Below are positions 15,048-22,407 of a stretch of 24,000 nt of DNA, piece by piece. This stretch comes from Oscillospiraceae bacterium (GTDB lineage Bacteria; Bacillota; Clostridia; Oscillospirales; Acutalibacteraceae). Location: the NCBI GenBank assembly GCA_015065765.1, contig SVPP01000010.1, positions 12,760 through 36,759 on the forward strand. Direction: 5' to 3'. A program made the translations under genes and the position numbers. Positions within the stretch are counted from its first letter, which is position 1. Each line of letters starts with the position of its first letter. Below the pieces are notes generated by a model that saw nothing but the letters and a program-made list of their open reading frames with translations, did not search any database and was not told where the DNA came from.

Positions 15048-16799
15048 TTAGTCGTTATAAAGTGACTTCTTCACATATGATGTGTGGAGGATTTCGTGAG
15101 CCTTGTGGCTTCCGGGTTCTCCGAAGAACTCATCATAAATCATCTTGATTGCGGGGTTATCCTGGCTCTTTCTGAGAGGAAGATTCTTATCTGCCTCATA
15201 GATAGCCTGTGCACGGAGTCCCTTAAGGTCAACGAAGTTACGAACAGATGCGGGCTGGATGGGCTGACCGCCACCGTTTACGCAACCGCCGGGACATGCC
15301 ATGATTTCAATGAAGTGATAATCGCATGTGCCTGCTTTAACCTTTTCCATGATTTCCTGTGCATTCTTAAGACCGCTGACTGCAGCAACCTTGAGTTCTA
15401 CGCCGCCAACTGTGTAAGTTGCTTCCTTGATGCCCTCTGTGCCTCTGACTTCTGTGAAGTCAACGCTTTCAAGTTCTTTGCCTGTAAGAACTTCTGCTGC
15501 GTAACGAAGAGCTGCTTCCATAACGCCGCCTGTTGCACCGAAGATAACGCCTGCGCCTGTGCCTTCACCGAGAGGATTATCAAACTGCTCGTCGGGAAGA
15601 AGGTCGAAGTTGATACCTGCTGTCTTGATCATGCTTGCAAGTTCACGTGTTGTGATTGAATAGTCTACATCAGCAAAGCCTGCTGCTGACTGGTCGTCAC
15701 GTTTGTTTTCGCCCTTCTTAGCTGTACAGGGCATAACTGCAACTACAACAATCTTTGCAGGGTCGATGTTCATCTTCTGAGCATACCATGTCTTCATTAC
15801 TGCACCGAACATCTGCTGAGGTGATTTACAGCTTGAAAGGTTTTCAATCTGCTCGGGGAAGTAGTGCTCACAGTAGTTAACCCAACCGGGTGAACATGAT
15901 GTGATGAGGGGAAGTGCTCCGCCTTCCTTGATTCTGTGGAGAAGTTCTGTACCTTCTTCCATGATTGTAAGGTCAGCTGAGAAGTCTGTATCGAAAACTT
16001 TGTTGAAGCCCAGTCTGTGAAGAGCTGCTGCCATTTTACCTGTTACGTTTGTGCCTACTTTGTAGCCGAAGCACTCACCGAGTGTAACACGGATTGAGGG
16101 AGCTGTGTTAACGATAACGAACTTGTCGGGATCGTTGATTGCATCGAATACTGCCTTTGTATCGTCTTTCTCATAAAGAGCACCTGTAGGACAGTTAACA
16201 ATACACTGACCGCATTCTACGCAAGAATATGATGCAAGACCTTTTTCAAATGCAGAGCCGATATGTGTATCAAAGCCACGTGCATTTGCGCCGATAACGG
16301 AGATTGCCTGATTGTCACAAGCAGCTACGCAGCGACGGCAAAGGATACATTTGTTGTTATCTCTTACCATGTGAGTTGCTGTAGTGTCGATTTCCCATAC
16401 GGGTTTTTCACCGTCGTAACGGCTTTCGTTTTCTACACCATACTCAAGGCAGAGCTTCTGAAGTTCACATGAACCACTTCTTACACAAGAGAGACACTTT
16501 CTGTCATGAGCTGAAAGAAGGAGCTCAAGTGTTGTTCTGCGTGAATCGTGAACCTTCTGTGTGTTTGTAAGGATTTCCATACCCTCGTTAACAGGGAACA
16601 CACATGATGAAACAAGGCGGTTGCCTCTGGGGCCTGCAACCTCAACCATACAGAAACGGCATGCACCGATTTCGTTCATATCCTTAAGGAAGCAAAGTGT
16701 GGGGATTTCGATACCTGCATATCTTGCAGCTTCGAGAATTGAAATTCCGCCGGGCACGCTGAAGGGCATGCCGTTGATTTTAATATTTACCATTTCCAT
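15048..16799 (-). CDS. hydA: [FeFe]-hydrogenase catalytic subunit (HydA of a HydABC/Hnd-type complex)
   Basis: It has an N-terminal 2Fe-2S domain, a His-ligated cluster and two 4Fe-4S motifs. The H-cluster motifs are L2 MPCTAKKGE and L3 EIMACPGGCVNGGGQP, while L1 reads TSCSPGW (see findings). I chose the start ATG 16797-16799, 10 nt after AAAGGAG; the track ORF begins at GTG 16808. Confidence 0.9.
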   Translation of the reverse strand: MEMVNIKINGMPFSVPGGISILEAARYAGIEIPTLCFLKDMNEIGACRFCMVEVAGPRGNRLVSSCVFPVNEGMEILTNTQKVHDSRRTTLELLLSAHDRKCLSCVRSGSCELQKLCLEYGVENESRYDGEKPVWEIDTTATHMVRDNNKCILCRRCVAACDNQAISVIGANARGFDTHIGSAFEKGLASYSCVECGQCIVNCPTGALYEKDDTKAVFDAINDPDKFVIVNTAPSIRVTLGECFGYKVGTNVTGKMAAALHRLGFNKVFDTDFSADLTIMEEGTELLHRIKEGGALPLITSCSPGWVNYCEHYFPEQIENLSSCKSPQQMFGAVMKTWYAQKMNIDPAKIVVVAVMPCTAKKGENKRDDQSAAGFADVDYSITTRELASMIKTAGINFDLLPDEQFDNPLGEGTGAGVIFGATGGVMEAALRYAAEVLTGKELESVDFTEVRGTEGIKEATYTVGGVELKVAAVSGLKNAQEIMEKVKAGTCDYHFIEIMACPGGCVNGGGQPIQPASVRNFVDLKGLRAQAIYEADKNLPLRKSQDNPAIKMIYDEFFGEPGSHKAHEILHTSYVKKSLYND

Positions 16800-16819
16800 T
16801 GTTGGCACACTCCTTTCAA

Positions 16820-18610
16820 TTAGCCTTTAACGATTGCGCCGAACTTACAGTTGGATTCGCAAACGCCGCACTTGATACACTTAGTTGTATCAATAACATG
16901 TGCTTCTTTAACATTACCTGAAATTGCGCCTACGGGGCACTTTCTTGCACAGAGAGTACATCCCTTACACTTATCAGCAATAATTGAGTAGTTGAGAAGT
17001 GCTTTACATACGCCTGCGGGACACTTCTTATCTACAACGTGAGCAATATACTCATCCTTGAAGAATTTAAGTGTTGCAAGAACCGGGTTGGGAGCTGTCT
17101 GGCCGAGACCGCAAAGTGAATTTTCTTTGATATAGTAAGCAAGCTTTTCAATCTCATCAATAGTTTCGAGAGTTGCCTTACCGTCTGTAACCATTTCAAG
17201 GAGCTCTCTGAGTCTCTTTGTACCGATACGGCAGGGAGCACATTTACCGCATGATTCGTCAACTGTGAAGTCGAGGAAGAACTTAGCGATGTCAACCATA
17301 CAGTTGTCTTCGTCCATTACGATAAGACCGCCTGAACCCATCATACAGCCGATTGCTGTAAGGTTATCGTAGTCGATTTCTGTGTCCATAAGAGAAGCGG
17401 GAATACATCCGCCTGAAGGACCACCTGTCTGAGCAGCCTTGAATTTCTTACCGTTAGGTACGCCGCCACCGATATCTTCGATGATTTCGCGAAGTGTTGT
17501 ACCCATGGGGATTTCAACAAGACCTGTGTTCTTGATTTTACCACCAAGAGCGAATACCTTTGTACCTGCTGATTTCTCTGTACCCATTGACTTGAAGAAG
17601 TCTGCGCCGTGGAGAATAATCTGAGGAATGTTTGCAAATGTTTCAACGTTGTTTTCAGTTGTGGGCTTTGCAAAGAGACCTTTTACTGCGGGATAGGGAG
17701 GTCTGGGTCTGGGCTCGCCTCTGTTACCCTCGATTGATGTCATAAGGGCTGTTTCTTCACCGCATACGAATGCACCTGCACCGAGACGGATGAAGAGATC
17801 GAAGTCAAAACCTGAACCGAAGATGTTTTTACCGAGAAGGCCATGCTCTCTTGCCTGGTCGATAGCTATCTGAAGACGTTCAACAGCGATGGGATACTCT
17901 GCACGAACATAAACGTAACCTTCTGTTGCGCCTGTTGCATAACCGCAGATTGCCATAGCTTCGATGATACAGTGGGGGTCACCTTCAAGAACTGAACGGT
18001 CCATGAATGCACCCGGGTCACCTTCGTCAGCGTTACATACAACATATTTCTGATCTGCTGCATTCTTTGATGTGAATTCCCATTTCATACCTGTGGGGAA
18101 TCCGCCACCGCCACGGCCACGAAGTCCTGAATCCTTAACAACCTTGATAACGTCTTCGGGAGTCATTTCTGTCAGACACTTTGCAAGAGCCTGATAGCCG
18201 TCGTAAGCGATATATTCTTCGATGTTTTCGGGGTCGATAACACCGCAGTTACGAAGAGCGATTCTCTTCTGTTTCTTGTAGAAGTTTGTTTCGTTAAGTG
18301 ATTTTACTTCTGCTTCGTTAACAACTGTCTCATCATAGAGAAGACGTGTAACGATACGGCCTTTGAGAAGGTGTTCTTCAACGATTTCGGGAATATCGTC
18401 AACCTTAACTTCGCTGTAGAAGCAGCCTTCGGGATAAACGATCATAATCGGGCCTAATGCGCAAAGTCCGAAACAACCTGTTTTGATAACCTTGATTTCC
18501 TCAGCGAGACCTTTATCAGCTATCTCTTTTTCGAGAGCTTCGATAATTGCACCGCTGTTTGAGGAGGTACAACCGGTACCGCCGCAAACAAGGACATGTG
18601 AACGATACAT
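16820..18610 (-). CDS. hydB: NuoF-like flavoprotein subunit of the hydrogenase (HydB/HndC; FMN/NAD(H)-binding, Fe-S)
   Basis: 596 aa. It has an N-terminal thioredoxin-like 2Fe-2S region, GLRGRGGGGFPTG and CGKCAPCR motifs, and a C-terminal pair of 4Fe-4S ferredoxin motifs. Confidence 0.9.
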   Translation of the reverse strand: MYRSHVLVCGGTGCTSSNSGAIIEALEKEIADKGLAEEIKVIKTGCFGLCALGPIMIVYPEGCFYSEVKVDDIPEIVEEHLLKGRIVTRLLYDETVVNEAEVKSLNETNFYKKQKRIALRNCGVIDPENIEEYIAYDGYQALAKCLTEMTPEDVIKVVKDSGLRGRGGGGFPTGMKWEFTSKNAADQKYVVCNADEGDPGAFMDRSVLEGDPHCIIEAMAICGYATGATEGYVYVRAEYPIAVERLQIAIDQAREHGLLGKNIFGSGFDFDLFIRLGAGAFVCGEETALMTSIEGNRGEPRPRPPYPAVKGLFAKPTTENNVETFANIPQIILHGADFFKSMGTEKSAGTKVFALGGKIKNTGLVEIPMGTTLREIIEDIGGGVPNGKKFKAAQTGGPSGGCIPASLMDTEIDYDNLTAIGCMMGSGGLIVMDEDNCMVDIAKFFLDFTVDESCGKCAPCRIGTKRLRELLEMVTDGKATLETIDEIEKLAYYIKENSLCGLGQTAPNPVLATLKFFKDEYIAHVVDKKCPAGVCKALLNYSIIADKCKGCTLCARKCPVGAISGNVKEAHVIDTTKCIKCGVCESNCKFGAIVKG

Positions 18611-18622
18611 GCTTTTTCCTCC

Positions 18623-19003
18623 TTAGTCTTTAAGTGATGCTACTGTGTATTCAGTAACAGGATTTCCGTTTACAATGTGGTCAGCAACGACTCTTGCGAT
18701 TTTCTCGGGAGTCATTTTGATATAAGTTACTTTTTCTTTGCCGGGAGCAAAAACTTCAACGATGGGCTCATACTGGCACATGCCGATACAGCCTGTCTGA
18801 GAAACAGTAACATTTTTAAGGTTTCTCTTTGAAACCTCTTCAACAAAGCCGTTAAGAACGGGACGAGCACCTGCTGCAATACCGCAAGTTGCCATACCTA
18901 CAACGATTCTTGTAACTTCTGCGCTGCCGTCTGCTGATTCTCTTGTTGTGATGTTTGCCTGAGCTTTTGCTTTGATAGCAAGTAATTCTTCAAGAGTTTT
19001 CAT
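18623..19003 (-). CDS. Thioredoxin-like (2Fe-2S) ferredoxin domain protein (HndB-like)
   Basis: 126 aa with the MATCGIAAGA and CIGMCQYEP Cys pairs. It lies between the HATPase and NuoF-like genes, as in hnd/hyd operons. Confidence 0.75.
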   Translation of the reverse strand: MKTLEELLAIKAKAQANITTRESADGSAEVTRIVVGMATCGIAAGARPVLNGFVEEVSKRNLKNVTVSQTGCIGMCQYEPIVEVFAPGKEKVTYIKMTPEKIARVVADHIVNGNPVTEYTVASLKD

Positions 19004-19555
19004 TTATGTTACACCTCCGCGAATAATCTGGGTTTGTTCGCTGATATAGTCTTTAAGCCACATTCTGACATCAATATCGTTAAAGCTTACTTCTCCGAGA
19101 ATTGCTTTCAGCTCCGAGGTTTTCAGAACGAACTCGTTCTCGTCGATTTTAAAGCGGTAAACAAAATCAATATCTTCATGCATTGTTATCAGCGTAAGAA
19201 TTGTAGCATCAATGTCTCCCAAGGGAGTGAAATCAATGCTGTCTGTTTTGAAATGACCTGAAATGGTAGTACCGACACCAAGCTCGGACTCAAGCTCAAG
19301 ATGTCCGCCTGTCATTTCCGCTGCCATTCTGAACAAGGGAATTCCCATGCCTACTTTTCTTGTAGTTCTTGTGGTACAGAACGGGTCACGCACATTTCTG
19401 AGCATCTCCTCGCTCATTCCCCTGCCGTTATCACGAATTATTACCGAAAGAGTTTTGTCCTCAGTGTTTTCCAGAATATCAATTTCAATCAGACTTGCAC
19501 CTGCAGAAACTGAATTTTCGGTAATATCAAGAATATTAAGTGATAATTCACGCAT
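19004..19555 (-). CDS. Histidine-kinase-like ATPase (HATPase_c) domain protein embedded in the hydrogenase operon
   Basis: 183 aa. It has an N-box (LNILDITENS), G1 (DNGRGM) and G2 (GMGIPL...GG...ELGVGT). I saw no sensor or DHp domain. Confidence 0.7.
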   Translation of the reverse strand: MRELSLNILDITENSVSAGASLIEIDILENTEDKTLSVIIRDNGRGMSEEMLRNVRDPFCTTRTTRKVGMGIPLFRMAAEMTGGHLELESELGVGTTISGHFKTDSIDFTPLGDIDATILTLITMHEDIDFVYRFKIDENEFVLKTSELKAILGEVSFNDIDVRMWLKDYISEQTQIIRGGVT

Positions 19556-19558
19556 AAC

Positions 19559-20056
19559 TTATGCCTGATATTTTGCTACGATACCGGGAATATCCTTTGC
19601 TTCAAGCTTACCGTAAACTTCATCGTTTACTGTAATAACGGGAGCAAGACCGCAAGCACCGATGCAACGGCAGTCTTCAAGAGAGAATTTACCGTCAGGT
19701 GTGCATTCCTTAGCGCCGATTCCGAGAACCTCTTCAAGTTTGTCGATAAGTTCCTGTGCGCCTTTAACGTAACAAGCTGTACCAAGACATACTGAGAAGT
19801 TATATTCGCCCTTAGGTGAAAGAGAGAACTGAGCATAGAATGTTGAAACACCGTAAACCTTTTCAATCGGCACGTTCATTCCGTCAGCGATCATCTTCTG
19901 AACCTCAAAGGGAAGATATCCGTAAATGCCCTGTGCTTCCTGCATTACATGCATGAGAAGACTTTTGTCATGCTTGCTTTCCTCAATAACAGCCATAAGC
20001 TTTGCTTCCTGCTCAGGAGTGCCGTTAAAGGGGTTGTTGCTGATTTTTTTGACCAT
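19559..20056 (-). CDS. hydC: NuoE-like 2Fe-2S subunit of the hydrogenase (HydC/HndA)
   Basis: 165 aa with the motifs VCLGTACYVKG and CIGACGLAPV. It has an AAAGGAGG RBS. Confidence 0.9.
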   Translation of the reverse strand: MVKKISNNPFNGTPEQEAKLMAVIEESKHDKSLLMHVMQEAQGIYGYLPFEVQKMIADGMNVPIEKVYGVSTFYAQFSLSPKGEYNFSVCLGTACYVKGAQELIDKLEEVLGIGAKECTPDGKFSLEDCRCIGACGLAPVITVNDEVYGKLEAKDIPGIVAKYQA

Positions 20057-20142
20057 TACTGTTCCTCCTTTTTCACAAATTATAAATCAAAGCAAATAAA
20101 TCAATGAAATTTGATTAATAATTTGCTAAAACATACGCTGAT

Positions 20143-20171
20143 ATTATAGCATGTGCGTTACAAAAAATCAA
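20143..20171 (-). promoter_or_regulatory. Candidate sigma-A promoter for the hydC-hydA operon (TTGATT-17 nt-TGcTATAAT)
   Basis: On the minus strand, -35 TTGATT lies at 20166-20171 and -10 TATAAT at 20143-20148, preceded by an extended TG. This leaves a leader of about 80 nt before ATG 20056. Confidence 0.45.
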
Positions 20172-20190
20172 TACGAAAACCCTAATTTCA

Positions 20191-20913
20191 TTACGATTTT
20201 GCTAAAATTGACAAAATTTTGTCAATTTCTGAACTGTCCACATCAATTTTGCCACCTGCCGAGCCGATATTCTCCAGATAATGGGCATCGGAGCTTGTTA
20301 AGATGTTCATTTTTTCAAGAACGGGATACCTTTTTATGTATTCGTTTTTATCTGCCTTCGATGTGATTTCCGCTGTAGTGAAGCCCATATACTCGTCAAT
20401 CATACCAAGATTTGAAATTACGCTGTATGATGAACGGTCAATGTGGGCAGGAAATGCAACACCTGAAAACTCTTTCATGATTTGAGGAACTTTGTCAAGT
20501 GACACATTCGCGGCAGTTGTGAGAAGTAAATTCTCCGTTCCGATTACGTTGTCCCTCTCATCCATGATAAGCTGGTCACCGAAAATTTTCGGTCTGTTTT
20601 CAACAGGCGGAATTCTTTCTCTCACATACTGAGAAAATGCAAGAGCGTTTTCAAGTGTGGGAAAAAGACACACAACGTGAACTTCCTCGTCAGTGCAGAG
20701 CTCCATTCCGGGAATGACAAGAACACCCGCTTTTTCGCCAACCTTCATGGCACTTTCACAGTTGAGACATGTGTTGTGGTCTGTCAGAGCAATAGCATCA
20801 AGCCCCATAATCTTTGCCATGTTGACAAGATTATAGGGCGTCATATCGTTGTCTCCGCAGGGTGAGAGACATGAATGCAAATGGAAATCATAATTCAGCT
20901 CCACTTCACTCAC
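20191..20913 (-). CDS. PHP (polymerase/histidinol phosphatase) domain protein
   Basis: 240 aa with YDFHLHSCLSPCGD and LTDHNT motifs. The start is ambiguous. GTG at 20911-20913 directly abuts GAGG, whereas the in-frame GTG at 20902-20904 has better RBS spacing. Confidence 0.8.
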   Translation of the reverse strand: MSEVELNYDFHLHSCLSPCGDNDMTPYNLVNMAKIMGLDAIALTDHNTCLNCESAMKVGEKAGVLVIPGMELCTDEEVHVVCLFPTLENALAFSQYVRERIPPVENRPKIFGDQLIMDERDNVIGTENLLLTTAANVSLDKVPQIMKEFSGVAFPAHIDRSSYSVISNLGMIDEYMGFTTAEITSKADKNEYIKRYPVLEKMNILTSSDAHYLENIGSAGGKIDVDSSEIDKILSILAKS

Positions 20914-20917
20914 CCTC

Positions 20918-21250
20918 TCATTTAAGCTCTTCGTAAACCTTTACTGCGGTTTCATAAGTATTCATCTCTGTCTGCAGAACGATTACGTTATTTTCGCTTG
21001 CTCTTTTCATAGCGTCTGCATCAAAGGCTGCGTTTTCTGTCAGTACGATACATGCAACATCTGCAAGGACAGCAACACCGATTGAGTTTACATTGCCCAT
21101 AACGGTAAGCCACACGTCGTCTGCATTTGCCCTTGACATTACCCAGCTGAGAAGGTCGCCGCAATAGCAACCTTTCGCTTCTCTCGTTTCAATGTCAGCA
21201 GCATTGAGAATTTTCATTGAATATTTTTCTGCTAAATCCTTGACTTTCAT
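20918..21250 (-). CDS. DRTGG domain protein
   Basis: I take the start as ATG 21248-21250 (MKVKDLAEKY...) with an AAAGGA RBS. The 21-codon track extension would cover a repeat hairpin. GDLLSWVM and the roughly 110-aa length are typical of standalone DRTGG proteins next to hydrogenase operons. Confidence 0.7.
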   Translation of the reverse strand: MKVKDLAEKYSMKILNAADIETREAKGCYCGDLLSWVMSRANADDVWLTVMGNVNSIGVAVLADVACIVLTENAAFDADAMKRASENNVIVLQTEMNTYETAVKVYEELK

Positions 21251-21300
21251 TTTGAAAATCCTTTCTTTATTTACAATCACTTTGTTGCTTTTTGGTTTCA

Positions 21301-21330
21301 GACGGACGCCCAATGGGCGCCCCTACGATG
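21301..21330 (+). repeat. Intergenic repeat family A, degenerate copy 3 (GC hairpin followed by CCCTACGATG)
   Basis: The sequence GACGGACGCCCAATGGGCGCCCCTACGATG forms the stem CGCCC/GGGCG. It shares the CCCTACGATG tail with copy 1. Confidence 0.4.
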
Positions 21331-21333
21331 TTT

Positions 21334-21765
21334 TTATTTTGCATTGTAAATATAAACATCGGGATTTTTCTCTTTACATTTCTCGCAAAGTGCTTTGCAC
21401 AAATCGGGATAATTGATGTAGTTATCTCTTATTGCAAAAGGTTTTTCTTCTGACACATAAACCAAAAGATGTTTCCTTTTAACTTCTATTTTTTCTATCT
21501 TTTCATAGGGAATTTCAGCATCAGCCACGCCTCCGTTTACAATAAAGCTTTTGCAGACGAGAGCTTCATCACCGATCTGTACAGTCTGTTTTACATCAGC
21601 AATATGTAGTCTGAGAAATGCCAAAATTGAAACAGCAAGAAAAAGTTCAGATGCAAGCATTATTGCAACTGAAATCAAAGAAAGCAAAGCAAGAATAAGT
21701 GCTACCAACAAATAAAAAATTATGTAAGATAAGATGATCTTTCTTTTATTTTTTATGAATATCAT
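21334..21765 (-). CDS. Small membrane protein (two N-terminal TM helices plus a soluble, possibly bacterial-PH-like, domain)
   Basis: 143 aa with an ATG start and an AAAGGTGGA RBS. The gene is AT-rich. It has two hydrophobic helices followed by about 85 soluble residues. The family assignment is a guess. Confidence 0.5.
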   Translation of the reverse strand: MIFIKNKRKIILSYIIFYLLVALILALLSLISVAIMLASELFLAVSILAFLRLHIADVKQTVQIGDEALVCKSFIVNGGVADAEIPYEKIEKIEVKRKHLLVYVSEEKPFAIRDNYINYPDLCKALCEKCKEKNPDVYIYNAK

Positions 21766-21796
21766 TTATCTTCCACCTTTCATTTGATGGTGCTTT

Positions 21797-21828
21797 TCGG
21801 TTCGTCGAGGACGCCGAACCCTACGAAG
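21797..21828 (+). repeat. Intergenic repeat family A, copy 2
   Basis: The sequence TCGGTTCGTCGAGGACGCCGAACCCTACGAAG forms the stem GGTTCG/CGAACC. Relative to copy 1, this is a compensatory C>T / G>A pair. Confidence 0.65.
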
Positions 21829-21854
21829 TTTCATGTAATTCGTCGGAATGTTTC

Positions 21855-22329
21855 GGCTCCCTTGTGTAAAGGGAGCTGTCAGCCGTCAAGGCTGACTGAG
21901 GGATTGTTTAACAATTTTATCAATATATTCACAAACCCCTCTGAAATTCTGATTGACTTCATTATTCGGAATTCTTATTATTTTCAAACCATATTCTTCA
22001 AGATATTTGGTTCGTTCTTCATCTTTTTCCATACCGACAGTATCATAATGTTGAGAGCCGTCAATCTCTATAACAAGTTTTGCGGAAGCGGAATAAAAGT
22101 CTGCAATATATTTTCCAAGAACCTTTTGTCTTGAAAAACGAACAGGATAAGTTTTCAAGAAGTCATACCATAAATGCTTTTCTTCTTTTGTCATGTTTTT
22201 TCGAAGTGTTTTTGCAATAGGTACTATATTTCTATTATGTTTCCTATCCAACATAATGCTCCTTTTTTCTTCACAATCCCTCAGTCAAAAAACTTCGTTT
22301 TTCGACAGCTCCCTTTACACAAGGGAGCC
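21855..22329 (-). mobile_element. DUF559 endonuclease cassette bounded by structured terminal inverted repeats (MITE/homing-like; mobility not shown)
   Basis: The outer 26-mer GGCTCCCTTGTGTAAAGGGAGCTGTC (21855-21880) is exactly inverted at 22304-22329. The inner 13-mer GACTGAGGGATTG (21894-21906) is exactly inverted at 22274-22286. Between these modules each end carries a different small hairpin. Confidence 0.45.
21886..22254 (-). CDS. DUF559 (Vsr/restriction-endonuclease-like fold) domain protein
   Basis: 122 aa. The pattern ARKLRKNMTKEEKHLW...L...FRRQ, then DF.....L.IE.DG..H, then D..R...L...G is typical of DUF559, read here as AKTLRKNMTKEEKHLWYDFLK...FSRQKV...ADFYSASAKLVIEIDGSQH...DEERTKYLEEYGLKIIR. 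The last 7 codons and the stop lie inside the left inverted repeat. Confidence 0.8.
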   Translation of the reverse strand: MLDRKHNRNIVPIAKTLRKNMTKEEKHLWYDFLKTYPVRFSRQKVLGKYIADFYSASAKLVIEIDGSQHYDTVGMEKDEERTKYLEEYGLKIIRIPNNEVNQNFRGVCEYIDKIVKQSLSQP

Positions 22330-22352
22330 TATTGTTACCGTTGGTTTTATTG

Positions 22353-22404
22353 TATAATCGGCGAAGCCCCGAGATTCTGCATTTTGCATTCTGCACTCTG
22401 CATT
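22353..22404 (+). repeat. Intergenic repeat family B, copy 3
   Basis: The sequence TATAATCGGCGAAGCCCCGAGATTCTGCATTTTGCATTCTGCACTCTGCATT ends 3 nt before the stop of the minus-strand gene at 22408. Confidence 0.7.
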
Positions 22405-22407
22405 TTA

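Noticed and set aside
14776-15051. 91-aa plus-strand ORF (…YGSSGTPSPTMPESV…LHSAFCTKK…).
   Set aside because: It is a read-through of the family A and B repeats and the hydA terminator, with a TTG start and no RBS. The ORFs at 21784..22134 and 22174..22542 are spurious for the same reason, since they translate the repeats and the antisense strand of the DUF559 gene.
15084-19568. Numerous 60-190-aa ORFs antisense to or out of frame within the hydA, hydB, hydC and HATPase genes. Similar ones lie inside ricT, holB, queG, the AEC transporter gene, citrate synthase, GH78 and ydjC.
   Set aside because: They lie entirely within strongly supported genes, have low-complexity or Cys/Ser-rich composition typical of antisense frames, and have no RBS.
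20073-20079. TTCACAA, a possible Rex (redox repressor) half-site, lies just upstream of the hydC start.
   Set aside because: No matching inverted half-site (TTGTGAA or TTGTTAA) sits at the required spacing on either side. It overlaps the RBS region and is probably coincidental.
20911-20920. The DRTGG stop (TGA) is followed directly by GAGG and then GTG, which looks like an unusual zero-spacing RBS for the PHP gene.
   Set aside because: The more likely explanation is that the true start is the in-frame GTG at 20902-20904, 9 nt after GAGG. This is a start-site ambiguity and not a biological oddity.
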